Part shown: piece after piece, positions 25,251 to 38,901 of the stretch
Layout: each line of letters opens with the position of its first letter
Position numbering within the stretch: the stretch's first letter is position 1
Origin: Octopus sinensis
Taxonomy: Eukaryota
DNA length: 64,000 nucleotides
Assembly (NCBI RefSeq): GCF_006345805.1
Contig: NC_042998.1
Span: forward strand, 8,246,001 to 8,310,000
Direction of reading: 5' to 3'
Notes under the pieces: model-generated
The model's input: the letters and a program-made list of their open reading frames with translations, nothing else
Told to the model about the DNA's origin: nothing
Database searches by the model: none
Program-made: the position numbers and the translations under genes

Positions 25251-27867
25251 CAGATATAATTTACAGTATTAACTAGTTTAACGCAAAGAGTTGTATTATA
25301 TGGAAAGTGAATCAGATTGTTAAAGGAAATATAAAACCATATCACGTGACAGGACTTACATAAATACGTAGAATTACGAATCGAAAACGGAGCTTCTATG
25401 TACTTGCTCTATTTATTGGATAAAGCAGTCAAATTTTTCCCATATTATTGCCTTCCTTCTTGAAAAGTAGTTTAATACATGAGATAACGTAATCCCAGAT
25501 ATCCAGTACCCTAGAGAGAAACGAGTGCGGGTGGCAGAAATGGCACGCACCACTCGGAGACAACTCGGGGTTAAACATTAATGACACCAACACACAACCA
25601 TGTATTTATATGAGTATTTCTGGAATTCGAAATTTCCTACGAAGCACTTTCTATTTTTACTATCTTCTGCACATTGTAATGTAGATTATGAAAGGACACT
25701 GAAATCTTTAAATAATACACACGTGTCGTTTGGGATGAAAAATAAAAAGCGTCCTATTTTGTTGTTCAGTCTTCCATGACTAATTATGAACACTTTCATT
25801 TCAAGGCGTCAACTATTTTAAAGTGCTTGGTCAATGTGTTCACTTATTTATATATTTGTTTGGATGACTATTGTTTTTTAAAAAATGTAAATCGACATAT
25901 GTCAGATAATTTCATAAAAACTGCGTTTGGTAACATGAAAGAATAACTAAGATATTTTATATTCTGTTTATTATTCATTTATGAAACAGTAACAGTGTGA
26001 TTTTTTTTCTGTGTCGTTGCTGAGTTCGCATACTTATGCAGATTTATATTATTTACATATAATATGGATTCCATTTGTTTAGGAGGGGCTGTCAACATTA
26101 CCCATTGTCTCTTTATCCCTCGCTTTTTGACAGAAAGGGGATATAATTTGTGGTTTGACTTTTGATTAATGTTTGAAATGAAATACTGAAGGTTAGCTAT
26201 TGGAAAGAAAGCATAGACAGAACAATAGAGCCGGTTCCTTTTGTCTTTCTATTCTTTATTAAGACATTTAAAGAATCAATTTCATATTTTTAATGTAATC
26301 ATGTGTTATTCATTTAAAGTAATCATTTGTTAAAATAATGATTTGTTAATATTGTGCTGTTAATATTGGGTTGATCACTAAACCTTACTCTGGTTTTGCA
26401 GGCGGCGAGCTGGCTGAAGGCGGCGAGCTGGCAGAAACGTTAGCACGCCGGGCGACATGCGTAGCCGCATTTCGTCTGCCGTTACGTTGTGAGTTCAAAT
26501 TCCGCCGAGGTCGACTTTGCCTTTCATCCTTTCGGGGTCGATAAATTAAGTACCAATTACGCACTGGGGTCGATACAATCGACTTAATCCCTTTGTCTGT
26601 TCTTGTTTGTCCTCTCTGTGTTTAGCCCCTTGTGGGCAATAAAGAAATATATATTAAGTTATATTTTCGTCTAATAGAATTTCATTATGATACATTGTTA
26701 TTGAATAATGTCCTTTGTCTCAGTTGGTCACGCTTGGAATCTAGTCTAATGACGGTTGTTTTTGATAGGACGATATGGAGGAGGAGCTTAAGAATTGCAC
26801 CATCCCCTCGACCCCACCCCAGGAATAGTGGGCGGAGATGCATGCATGTATGGATGGATGGATCGCTCGAGTGTTTGATTCATTGTTATTCCCAAAATAT
26901 TTAAATAAGTAATGTCACTCTAAAGATTCACATTTTATATTAGATAATATTCAAAGAATTTCCTTATAACTACTTCGTTATCTATATATTTCACATTCCT
27001 CTACATATATCGAATATTTTTTTCCTTTAAGCTCAGCGATATTTGCAGCCGCCTACAACACAAAGTATATCAGTAAATTTCTGTTAAGCAGAATTCCAAA
27101 GCTGATAATAAAATGGTTTCTGATTCAGGTAGAAGACCAGTAATTTTGAGAAGGTGAGTAGTTGATAGTATCGATCTTAGTGCTTCACTAGTGCTTTGCT
27201 TTATCGACCCCGGAGGGATGAATGGCAAGGTTGGACTCGAAATATTAAAAGCCGCATCATAATATTTTATCCGACGTCCAAAGAATTCTATCTACTCGCC
27301 AACATTGGTGATTTATATAATTACTGCTATATGTCCATATGTGTTGGAGAGAGGTGAGTTCCCACATTTAGGACAAAGCTGTTTATGAATATCTGCTTGC
27401 CGCCGAAAATATTCACATTATACCATTCTAGAATATATAAAAAAAAAATTTCCTCAAATGATACGTTTGACTATTTTAGTGTTAAAGAATATTATGCGAA
27501 GACTCGATTTATGATTGTTGCAATCTTCATTTTATTAACTCATCAATCATTCAACTATCACAGTATATAGATAACTTTCTTTTATTAGCCACACAGGGCT
27601 GAATACAGAGGGGACAAATACAAATGCAGAGCTTTTCTTTTCGAGGGTGGGAAAAAAAAAAAAAATGTAAGATTGCGATCAAAAGGGATCGAGAGGAGGA
27701 AAAAAAAGGAAATCGTGTATCACAGAAATAATGATGTAAACATTGATATAACAAGATTGGGTTCATCCGTGGGAAGAAAAGCCTACAGAAAAGACCACGG
27801 GAACCCCAGTCAGGGAGGAAATAACCACATGAGATCAAAAATGCTCTCTTTCTTTCTTTTTTACGAT

Positions 27868-29633
27868 CTACAGGATCATGCTCAAAATGGTTTCGTTACT
27901 AGCACGCACCATCTTTGCAACATTCACCCATCTTTTTTTGAATCTTTCGCGAGACAAAACTTCCCTCTCCATTCTCACCTTCCTTTTCAAGTGGTACTTG
28001 AAAAAGTTGATGAGCGATTGGCCAGAGAGGTAAGTGTTTGTCTCTAATCCTTTCGCTCGAGTCCACCACACACATTCTTTCACCATGGCCACCAGTACGA
28101 TGAAAACTGCCTTGCCTTCCCGGTTGAGGGAAGGGGGCGGAGCAACTCTCACGATAGACTCGGCCGATAGGCGGATTCGTCCCACACGTGACAGCAGCCG
28201 TTCGGCATAAGCCCACAGGTCGGAAATGGTTGGACATTGCACGAGTGCGTGCAGAACGGTTTCGTCGCTCTGACCGCATCTCGGGCAAGTCGGTCCAGTG
28301 TGTCTGGAACCGTGTCTGTAGAGCTTATCCCGAACAGGTAATGCTTCTCGATAGCACTGCCAGGCCAGGGATCTTTGGTGATTGTTCATAGGTCCCGGCC
28401 CGAAAGTTGTCCTGAACAGGCGGGTCAGGTGTTCCTCGTCGACGCCCAGACTCTGCCCGAGTTCGTCGTCGCACCTCCCCTCCACTAATCCTCTATAGAA
28501 TGCCTTTGTTGTGATGGAGTCGCACAAGTTCGATCCCGGACGGCAGAGTTGCTTGAGAGCAACGCGACACTCGCGGTGCCATTCGCCTAGCCTCGGTCTC
28601 TGCTTGATCCATGACTGTAGTTCGTCCAAGGAGACGAGCTGCGGGAAAGCGCGCCGCACAAAAGGCGACCACCCCTGTTCACCGTTGTCTATGAAGCGCC
28701 GGAGATGTCGCAGTCTCAGCGCATGTCTGCGCATCATCAACCACGGCATGCCCAGCCCTCCATTTAGCGGGTGTTGGCAGCAAATGGATCGCCTAACCAT
28801 CGGAACGTTTCCCTTCCACAAGAAGCGGAAGAGTATGCGTTCCAGTTTGGTGATGGTAGGGTCGGGACAAGGCACGACGGTCAGACGATACTCGATGACG
28901 GATGCGATGTACGCGTTCGCCACCTCCGCCCGACCTTTTAGGGATAGCTTTCTCTCAGTCCATTTCTGGGTGAGAGTAGCCACCCTAGTCGTTATCTCGC
29001 CCCAGTTCTTCTCCATTTGGAGGTCCGGACCGAACCAGACCCCGAGCAATTTAACCGGTCCGTCCGTCCAGCGTCCCACGATGGAGACGCTGTTGGACGG
29101 CATGGGCTTGCTTCTCCAGGTGCCGAGCCGCAAGCCCACTGACTTTTCCCGGTTAATTTTTGCTCCCGTTACCGCTTCGTATTCTTTCAGTGTCTCGCCG
29201 ACCAGCTCGATGTGCTCGTAGCTCGACACTATGACGGTGACGTCATCCGCGTATGCAGACACGCTCCACCCGCATCCCAGCTCTCGTGGGATGCCCCTCA
29301 GCGTCGCCAGTTTCCGCAATAGTGGCTCAAGAGTCAGTACATACAGCAGCGATGAGAGGGGGCATCCCTGACGAACCGAACGCATGATGTTAAAAGGTCT
29401 GGATAGATGACCATTTACGCGAACTACTGAGCGGATGCCGCTGTATAAGGCAGCGATCCAACCGCGGAAAACTGGACCGAAACCAGCCGCTTTGAGGACA
29501 GCCTCCAAGTAGTGATGGTCTACCCTATCGAAGGCTTTTGATTGATCCAAATTGATCAGCGCCCCACCCATGCCAGGATTTTTAACTACCCTGTCTATGA
29601 TGTAGCGCATCAGATGGAGGTTGTCATGAATAC
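27868..29633 (-). pseudogene. ORF2 C-terminal part (RT domains 3-7 + CCHC), open frame
   Basis: 595-aa ORF with QGCPLS, YADD, GGLG and CPRC-X8-H-X4-C; no stops. Confidence 0.92.
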
Positions 29634-30328
29634 GAGGCAACAGAGCCACCATCAAGTCTCTTATAGATGAACAGGGGCGCGAATTGCTCGAGCCTAAAAG
29701 GATGTGTGGGGTTTTTCAACAACACTTCACCCAACTGTTTGGGACAAGTGGTGAGTCAGAAAGCAGAGTGGACTTTAGTGCCTACCTGCATGCCTTGCCA
29801 CGACTCCCAGCAAGGGAGGTGGAGTCTTGTGAAAAGCCTATCACAGCTGCGGACGTACAGGATGCGATGGTAGGCTGCGCGAGAGACAAGTCACCAGGCT
29901 TGGATGGTCTGCCCTACGAATTTTATTTTCATATGCCAGACTTGTTTGGAGGCGTCTTGGCAGCTGTCTACTGCAACTGGCAGCAGAACGGGAGTATTCC
30001 TGCTTTTGTAAAGCGAGGAGCAGTGGCACTGATCAAGAAAGACCCAAACAAGGGGGACGTCATAGATAATTTCAGGCCCATCACTCTGCTCAACGCAGAT
30101 TTGAAAATTTTGGCCAAGGTGTTAGCCGAGAGGTTGGCGCTTGTCATCAAGAAACTAATCGACAAGGCGCAAACATGCGCCGTGCCGGGTAGAAGTATTC
30201 ATGACAACCTCCATCTGATGCGCTACATCATAGACAGGGTAGTTAAAAATCCTGGCATGGGTGGGGCGCTGATCAATTTGGATCAATCAAAAGCCTTCGA
30301 TAGGGTAGACCATCACTACTTGGAGGCT
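29634..30328 (+). pseudogene. Inverted internal ORF2 segment (linker + RT domains 0-3)
   Basis: KSPGLDGLPYEFY, NFRPITLLNADLKILAK and LDQSKAFDRVDH on the + strand. Confidence 0.92.
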
Positions 30329-30590
30329 CTAGGAAATTTGCTCTTACTTTGAGATCCAGACTCTTCCGGATAAGCACCGCGGTGCCACCTCCGCCCATTC
30401 TCGGTAGACACGGAGAAAAATAAATGTTGAAATGTGTACCGAAAATGTGCTGGAGTGCCCGCAAGCTGTGGAGTCTGGTCTCACTGATGGCTATGATATT
30501 CAGATTTAGTGACTTGATGTCATTTAACAGGTAGCCTTGTTTCCAAGGCGACCCCAAGCCACGTACATTTATACTACCTATTCTGAGCAT
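30329..30590 (-). pseudogene. ORF2 N-terminus (APE endonuclease), truncated at the inversion breakpoint
   Basis: MLRIGSINVRGL...IAISET...GGGTAVLIRK, then switches into the antisense of RT sequence. Confidence 0.88.
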
Positions 30591-30689
30591 GTTCCGATAA
30601 AAGTGCAAAAAAGGAAAAGGAGAGAGAAAAGTTACTTGTTTTTCGAAAGTTCTTTGTCTTTCACCTCACGGTCTTCTTCTATGAGGCTT

Positions 30690-32831
30690 TTATACAGTTT
30701 TTTTCGATGAGTACTTTTGAAATCTCCCTACTGTATCAGGGTAAAGAGATTTCAGGGTGCTGTATGTGTTCTGTGTCACGTGTATTATTTTAATGTGTTG
30801 TGGTGGTGTTGTGTGTGGGTGGCTACTTGTTTTTATGTCGTTTTCAGTAATGTTAGTGTTTGACCTAATGTGTTCCATTAGGTCGTGGTTGTTTGTGTTT
30901 ATGGCTGTCAACATTTTTGGGGGGTTTAATGATGGTGTGTTTGTGTTGATGTGTGTGTTTTCTGTGGATGTTTTTGTTTCGGGAGTGGTGTATCTTCCCG
31001 CTTTGTTTGTTATTTTTTCTTTTCTTTTTTTTTTTCCCCTTTTTCTTCTCCCCCCTGTGGCTATTTGCCAATCTTCCGTGTCTTCTTCGTCTAATGACAA
31101 ATCAGACGAATCGGAGTCTGGAAGAGGGAAAATATTGGGGTCTATTGTCGACTGTGTTGGTTTTGTTGTTGGTGTTGGTTGGTGAGCGTTTGGTTGTGGT
31201 GTATGCGGTTTTGGAGGTGGGGTTTGGGTATTTTGTGTTTGAGTGATTGTAGGTATTGTTGTGTTGTTTAGGGTCTCAATTTTGTGGGGATTTGGAGTTG
31301 TAATTGTTTCTTCATTTTTGCTGGGTGTCTTTTTGGCAGATGTCCTTGGTTTGGGAGTTGGTATATTCTTGGTTGTTGTTGTTGGTGATGCTGCTTCTGT
31401 TCTTGGTGCTGCAGTTGGTGTGGTTGTTTGTTTGGTGGGGTTTGTTCCTGCAAAAAGTGGTGTGGGTAGTAAACCTTGTTTATTTGTTTTTGTTTCCGGC
31501 TGCTGTTGTTGTTGCCGTTGTTTTCTTGCGGCAGATTTGCAGTCTTTTTTTAGGTGTTGCTCACTGCCGCATATGTAGCAACGTGGTCTTCTGCCATCGA
31601 CGACGACATATAACTTGTGGTCGTCTGATACACATATCTGGGTGGGTATTTTTTTTATATCTTCATGATGTATATGTAGAAGAAATTCTACTTTTTTTCC
31701 CACCCAGTTTTTATGCTCTGTGACTGTGGTTTCCAAAATAGCATAATTCGTCATTTTTACGCATAAGGCCTTTACAAGCCATAGATTATTGGCTATTTTG
31801 GGGACATTGTTTAGAGTGATCTTAGTCACTTTCTGTCCCCGGTAGCTTGGCGTAAGTTGGAGTTCATCTGAGTGAAGAGTTAGCGTTGAGAAATGTCTAG
31901 CTAACTCTTCGGTGTAGAAAACAACTTGTATGTGGGCAAATTTGTTCCACCAGGTTACATATTCTTTGTGATTCCAGATGGGTTTCAAGCACTTCTCTAT
32001 TTTGCTTGTGTTAGCCTTCTCTGGGATTTTTGTTTTTTTGTTAACTATTTTATAAATGATTGTTCGTCTTTTTTCATTTTCCAAAATGTCTTCTGGTATG
32101 TTTATTTTTACTATACCATCTGATTCTGTTATTTTAATGTTCGTGTCCTGTATTTGTTGAGCCGTAAAATATATTGTTGGTTTGTTTTCTTTAATCGCCT
32201 CAGCGAAATTTGTTGTTGTTTTGTTATTGTTGTTGCTTGTGGTGATGTTGTTGTTGGCTGCAGTTTGTAAAATTGGTGTGTTTGGTTCGAGTGTGCAAGT
32301 AGGAAGGGGTGGAAAATTGCCTGCGTACTTTAGTCCTACACTAGCGCAAATTTCGACATTTCGTTTGCTTGTCGTTATTTTCTCACTTGTTGGTGATGGA
32401 GTGAGCAGTGGTTGAGGGGAATTGTTGTTGTCGTCGTCGTTGTTGTTGTTGTTGTTGTTATTGTCGTTCTTGGTGACGGCGGTGGTGTTTGTAGTATTAG
32501 TAGCATTGACGGCACGGTCTTTGGTGGCGGTGATGGTGATGTTGGTATTGTTATGGGTGGCGATGTCTTTAGTAGGGATAGCAGTTTTAGTAGCAGATTC
32601 TGCCATGGTGTTGGTGGTGGTGGACTTACTGATGGTGTTGACGGTGCTTGGCCTTGCGACCTTTGTTTTGTATTTGTTGCTGTTGTCGATGTTGATGGTG
32701 GTGGAGTTGTCAGGTTCAGCATATGCTAACAGAGCATCCTGTTTTTCTGTTTCTGCGTCACGCTTGACTTGCACCTCAGCCTCGTGGTGGCCAGTGGCCA
32801 TTTTGGAAATAAAATGGCTAAATGAAACCAC
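30690..32831 (-). CDS. LINE ORF1p (nucleic-acid binding, CCHC zinc knuckle)
   Basis: Uninterrupted 713-aa ORF, CYICGSEQHLKKDC = CX2CX4HX4C, T/P/N-rich disordered flanks, basic patch; upstream of the ORF2 start. Confidence 0.88.
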   Translation of the reverse strand: MVSFSHFISKMATGHHEAEVQVKRDAETEKQDALLAYAEPDNSTTINIDNSNKYKTKVARPSTVNTISKSTTTNTMAESATKTAIPTKDIATHNNTNITITATKDRAVNATNTTNTTAVTKNDNNNNNNNNDDDNNNSPQPLLTPSPTSEKITTSKRNVEICASVGLKYAGNFPPLPTCTLEPNTPILQTAANNNITTSNNNNKTTTNFAEAIKENKPTIYFTAQQIQDTNIKITESDGIVKINIPEDILENEKRRTIIYKIVNKKTKIPEKANTSKIEKCLKPIWNHKEYVTWWNKFAHIQVVFYTEELARHFSTLTLHSDELQLTPSYRGQKVTKITLNNVPKIANNLWLVKALCVKMTNYAILETTVTEHKNWVGKKVEFLLHIHHEDIKKIPTQICVSDDHKLYVVVDGRRPRCYICGSEQHLKKDCKSAARKQRQQQQQPETKTNKQGLLPTPLFAGTNPTKQTTTPTAAPRTEAASPTTTTKNIPTPKPRTSAKKTPSKNEETITTPNPHKIETLNNTTIPTITQTQNTQTPPPKPHTPQPNAHQPTPTTKPTQSTIDPNIFPLPDSDSSDLSLDEEDTEDWQIATGGRRKRGKKKRKEKITNKAGRYTTPETKTSTENTHINTNTPSLNPPKMLTAINTNNHDLMEHIRSNTNITENDIKTSSHPHTTPPQHIKIIHVTQNTYSTLKSLYPDTVGRFQKYSSKKTV

Positions 32832-33020
32832 GAAGGCTATGAGAATTTTTTCTTTTAAATTTTGCCCACAAGGGGCAAAATTTTGTGTCGATATTTATCA
32901 AAGGTTTACAGTGGATGTTGTTGCACAACTTTTAAGCACAAAATATTTGTCAATATACACTTTTGAAACGTACAAAAATACCAACTTACGTGGAGCCCAT
33001 TTGACTTGCGCCTGTCTGTC

Positions 33021-33190
<170 letters not shown>

Positions 33191-33408
33191 ATATCAAAAG
33201 CATGACTCTAATATACACTTGTGTCTCCTCAACGCCATCTTTTTCACTAATAGCCTCAAAATATCTAAAATACAACAGTACTTTGTAATTCTGTGGATGG
33301 AGTATCAGTCTACCAGAACAGCATCATGTGTGGTCCAACGCTAATATAGGATAAATAAATCTCTTGAAATATTAGCCTAAAGAAAACACCCCGAAGGTCA
33401 TCTATATA

Positions 33409-33483
<75 letters not shown>

Positions 33484-34167
33484 TGTATGTATGTATTTAT
33501 GTATGTATAGGTATATACGTATGTTTAGGTATATATATATACACATACATACATATATATATATATATTATATATATGTATATGTATATATATACATACA
33601 GACACATACATATGATGTGTATGTATATGTAAACATGCGTACATATATGGCCATATGTACTTACATTTCGACTGCTTGTGTGTGTAAATACGTGGCTATG
33701 TGTCTCTATGTTTTTGCATCCTTGTATGTGTGTATGTGTTGTAGTATTTGGAACAATGGCATCTTTAACCTTTTCTCATAATTTATGGAAGGCTCATGGA
33801 ATGCAATATGCTTCATTCCATACATAGTCTTAAAGGAATGTCAATGTTTGTAAAATATTTAGTGATAAGCTTAGGTATGGTATCTGCAATGAATACAAAG
33901 CTCTGTTCAAAATGACATTTATTGCATATCAGTAGCATTTAGTTCAGCGGAAGATAAACCATCATAGTCGTTTGCAATAAACCAGAATTTTAACTCAAAG
34001 TAGCGAAGTTTATTACTGAGTTCCAGTTCCCTGTTGAATAATATGCACAACGACCTCTTAGAGCAAATATCTCACATTTCCGTTGTAATCCCTTCTTGTA
34101 GTTCTGTGCTTAAATAGTCAAATGTCCACGAATTTTGTAAAACATGCATGAAACTAAAGGTTTATAA

Positions 34168-34608
34168 GTGGGTGAGCTGGCAGAATCGTTAGCACGCCGG
34201 GCGAAATGCTCAGCGGTATTTCGTCTACGTTACGTTCTGAGTTAAAATTCCGCCGAGGTCGACTTTGCCTTTCATTATTTCGGGGTCGATAAAATAAGTA
34301 CCAGTTACGCACTGGGGGTCGATGTAATCGACTTAATCCGTTTGTCTGTCCTTGTTTGTCCAATCGACTTAATCCGTTTGTCTGTCCTTGTTTATCCCCT
34401 CTATGTTTAGCCCCTGTGGGTAGTAAAGAAATAGGTATTTCGTATACCGTTACGTCCTGAGTTCAAATTCCGCAGAGGTCGACTTTGCCTTTCATCCTTT
34501 CGGGGTCGATTAAATAAGTACCAGGTACGCACTGGGGTCGATATAATCGACTTAATCCGTTTGTCTGTCCCCTCTGTGATTAGCCTCTTGTGGGTAGTAA
34601 AGAAATAG
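34168..34608 (+). mobile_element. SINE family B partial-tandem dimer
   Basis: Same junction AAAGAAATAG|GTATTTCGT; TSD aaa(c/t)taaaggtttata. Confidence 0.85.
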
Positions 34609-35267
34609 AAATTAAAGGTTTATATGAAAGGAGATATATGGCTGGATTGATACGTTAACCAAAATCCCCAGCAATATAAATGAAAGGAATTCAGACGATA
34701 TTCACAACATTCGAGACAGAAATCTTTCGTGTCAGATATATTTAAAATTTATACAGATTGTAAAATTTATTGAAAGGCTGCGACTGTTGCATCGATTTCT
34801 AGCAGAGGGCAACGGCATCGAATTAGCGAGACGCGAAAATGAATTTAATCGACCCCAGTCTATAGCTTGAACTTTGATGATGTCTCCAGATTTCAGTTCA
34901 GAACATTAAGGAAGCTATCAAAATACTCAGCGATATTTCCCACGTTCTATCGCTTCTGACAACTACCACCATTTTATGTCGTTTATCTTTCACTCATTTC
35001 ACTCATTGGACTACGGCCATGCTGGGTTACATTTATAAAGGGCCTCGTCAAATAAATCAACCTTAGTTATTATTATCTTTTTTTTTTAATGTGTTATTTT
35101 GTCGGTTCTCTTTTGAAAATGGCTCTCTTTTGATTACTGGAGCGTAAACAAACCAACACCAAATGTCAGATGGTTGTCAAAAGCCGATATCTTATATATA
35201 TATATATTTGATTTTGATTGATTTTTCCAGTTTCAGCTTATGAGCTGTGGCCATGCTGATATATATA

Positions 35268-35320
<53 letters not shown>

Positions 35321-36489
35321 GCAAGGTGCTGCGCTGTGGGCGGGAACCTGAAACAACTTGGTTGGAAAGCAGGCATCTTAACTTCACAGCTGTACCTGAG
35401 AGAAAAAAATTATTAAACATTTTTTGGTTTTTTTTCTTTGTGTGTTTCTTTATGATGGCAATTTTAAAATGTTTCTATGAAACGAACACAATGGTCTTAT
35501 TGTTCCCATTCAATATTTGATCAATAAGGTTTTACTTTCCGTTTGATCTCATTTCATATAACAATTTCAATAAAGTATTTTTCGGTATTTCTAAATATCA
35601 GACCCATAATCACTAAACATTTTACGTATAATTTTTTTTTTATAACTCGTAGCAATATGATATTAGATTTCTGAGTGTGATATTTTCTTGAAATAGAGAG
35701 TTATTTGATAAATTGTGCTATGCAAAATAAAAAGCGAGATTCGAAATTTCGGCTTGCGTATTCTTAATTCTTTGATGCAGATTATAACGCAAATATGCTA
35801 ATCGTTGCTGTGTTCGTCACAGGAGAATAGTTTCTTCTTTTACGACGGCAATGTGTTCGTAATATACTCGATTCCTTAGTACAACGGATCTCGGACAAAT
35901 GAATCTAAACAAAAGCCGATATCTTATTTATAATTCTAGCACACAAGCTGTTTGTCTGATCAGTGCTGGTACTTGCCACACAATAATAAACTGTTATGAT
36001 GAATAGGAGATTCCTTTATATAGCGGAGAACACATTTTCCATCGTCGTAGCAAGGAAAATCACAACTGCTCCCGATTTAAAGGTGCTTGCTGTATTTTAA
36101 TGTGTACACGTGTGTGTGTGTAAGAGAGAGAGAGAGAGAGTAAGAGCGAGTGAATAGGTGAAGTAAAATCCATCATAACGTAATTACTAGCTAATACCTA
36201 ACCCAGTTAAACCTGTGGCTACTATATTCACGATAAACTGACATTAATAACAAACTAAAAACTTTAATCTTATATCGCATTATGTATGTACGTATGTATG
36301 TATGTATGTATTATGTAGGTAGGTAGGTAGGTAGGTAGGTAGGTAGGTAGGCAGGCAGGCAGGTAGGTAGGTAGGTAGGTAGGTAGGTAGGCAGGTAGGT
36401 AGGTAGGTAGGTAGGAGTAGGTAGAAAGACGAAGGAATAAAGCAGTATCTGCCTGGCTAGCTAGCTTGACAGACAGACAGACAATCAGG

Positions 36490-36572
<83 letters not shown>

Positions 36573-36866
36573 AAGACAGTTAAATATTATTGGTTATCTT
36601 TGAAATAAGAAACTACGTGTAAATTTAGGCCCGAAAAAAGAAGAGACTTTGTGTTACGTAATCCGAGAGGTGGGGTGAAAATAACAATAAGGCTTGAGAT
36701 TAAATTACATTTATGTTCGTAACTCCGGAAGTCTAGAATCTTCTTTTGTAGTTATAAAATAATTACGTAGGACATAGCTTTGGAAAGAAATTGTGTCATT
36801 CCAAACAGTCGCTAATAGTCTTTTCTCAGGTATTGAGTGTACTAAGCTATCGCTCTCGTTAAGCCA

Positions 36867-37222
36867 TGGAAGCACTCCGTCGGTTACGGCGACGAGGGTT
36901 CCGGTTGATCCGATTAACGGAACAGCCTGCACAGACACCTTATGTGTACCCTTAACGTAGTTCGCGGGGATATTCAGCGTGACACAGAGAGTGACAAGGC
37001 CGGCCCTTTTGAAATACAGATACAACAGAAACAGGAAGTAAGAGTGAGAGAAGGTTGTGGTGAAAGAGTACAGCAGGGATCACCACCATCCCCTGCCGGA
37101 GACTCGTGGAGCTTTTAGGTGTTTTCGCTCAATAAACACTCACAATGCCCGGTCTGGGAATCGAAACCGTGATCCTACGACCGCGAGTCCGCTGCCCTAA
37201 CCACTGGGCCATTGCGCCTCCA
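36867..37222 (-). mobile_element. SINE family C
   Basis: Match to 10489-10873; TSD cgttaagccat. Confidence 0.9.
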
Positions 37223-37655
37223 CCGTTAAGCCATAACTGACTTATGTATGCACTGTTGCTGCCGTTAAATGATATTTCTGCACACCGTGAATGCTATGAG
37301 GTCTCATATATTTATTTATTTTGCTTGTTGTCTATCGATTGCTAATTCAAAACTCATCCTGAGAATGTTCAAGACAGGAAACCAGCAACACACACACACA
37401 CACACACGGGATTAGTACATAAACTTACATTGGAAGATATACTGGATTCAAATTTTGACACAGGGCCAGCAGTTTTTTTCTAGTGGGTGGGGGGGAGTCT
37501 AGTATATCGACCCCCAATATTCGTAAAGACGGACGAAATGTCGCTAAGTATTTTGCCCGACGTACTAATGACTTTTCCCAGCTTGCCACCATCTTGATAG
37601 ATTAATAAATATTTGCTTGAGACTCAAAATGCTTAAAACTGTAGAACATTATACA

Positions 37656-37857
37656 TTTACTCTTTTACTCTTTTACTTGTTTCAGTCCTTTGACTGCGGC
37701 CATACTGGAGCACCGCCTTTACTTGAGCAAATCGACCCCGGGACTTATTCTTTGTAAGCCCAGTACTTATTCTATCTGTCTCTTTTGCTAAGTGACGGGG
37801 ACGTAAACACACCAGCATCGGTTGTCAAGCAATGCTAGGGGGACAAACACAGACACA

Positions 37858-37911
<54 letters not shown>

Positions 37912-38075
37912 CATATATACGACAGGCTTCTTTCAGTTTCCGTCTACCAAATCCACTCACAAGGCTTTAGTCGGCCCGGGGCTATAGTAGAAGGCACCTG
38001 CCCAAGGGGCCACGCAGTGGGACTGAACCCGGAACCATGTGGTTAGTAAACAAGCTACTTTACCACACAGCCACT
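37656..38075 (-). mobile_element. SINE family A
   Basis: Reverse-complement match to 2431-2817. Confidence 0.88.
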
Positions 38076-38475
38076 CAAGCTGCGTGTGAATAGCAAATTC
38101 CATGCTTATTGTACATGAGAGTCATTCGCTGATCGGCAACAGCGATTTATTTAAAACCAGTTTAACAGTTTCCTTTCTCAAACAGTTAACTGCGAAATTA
38201 AATTTCATAGTTTTTTTTCCCGGTAATGCTGTTAAATATCTACCAAATTTGAAATTGTTATTTTCTGCTAGTCACGCCGACTCAGTAAACTAGACATATC
38301 TCAGCAAAAAACAAAACAATAGCTTCAAACATGACATTCCTCAACAAGAGTTAGATTGGCATGTAAAGCTGCTCTCCGTAGTTAAGAGTCATGAGATTTT
38401 GAAAGAATATATCAGCTTAAAATTCACAAGTTCAAAATATATATGCGTATGTGTGTGCGTGTGTGTGTATGTGTG

Positions 38476-38558
<83 letters not shown>

Positions 38559-38559
38559 G

Positions 38560-38828
38560 TTTCTTTATTGGCCACACAGGGCTGCACACAGATGGGACAA
38601 GTTACAAGGTAGAGCTTTTCTTTTGGGGGAGAAAAAAAAATGGTGGCGTAGGTTTTCGATCAAAAGGGATCGTAAAAGGGAAAAAAGAACAAAAAAAAAA
38701 GAAAAAAAGAAAAAAGGAAAAGAAAAAAAGAAAAGGGAAAAGGAACAAAAGAAAAGAAAAATGAAAAAAGAAGAAAAAAGAGGAAAAAAGGGGAAGAGGA
38801 AAAAAGCGATCAATAGGGATCGTGTATC
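38560..38828 (-). mobile_element. 5'-truncated copy (3' UTR only) of the same/related Tx1-like LINE inside a (GATA)n tract
   Basis: tttctttattggccacacagggctg, agagcttttcttt, cgatcaaaagggatcg and atcgtgtatc match 27576-27721; (GATA)n on both sides. Confidence 0.85.

Positions 38829-38901
<73 letters not shown>

Larger units (their letters stand above)
27574..33015 (-). mobile_element. Tx1/L1-clade non-LTR retrotransposon with internal inversion/deletion in ORF2
   Basis: ORF1 with a zinc knuckle; ORF2 with APE start (IGSINVRGL, ISET), RT (LDQSKAFDRVDH, QGCPLS, YADD) and C-terminal CPRC...HALVQC; 3' UTR ending AATAAAAGAAA. Confidence 0.93.

Noticed and set aside
28511-29221. 236-aa plus-strand ORF and other ORFs antisense to LINE/PLE coding regions
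   Set aside because: Shadow ORFs of the retroelement coding strand with no independent motifs.
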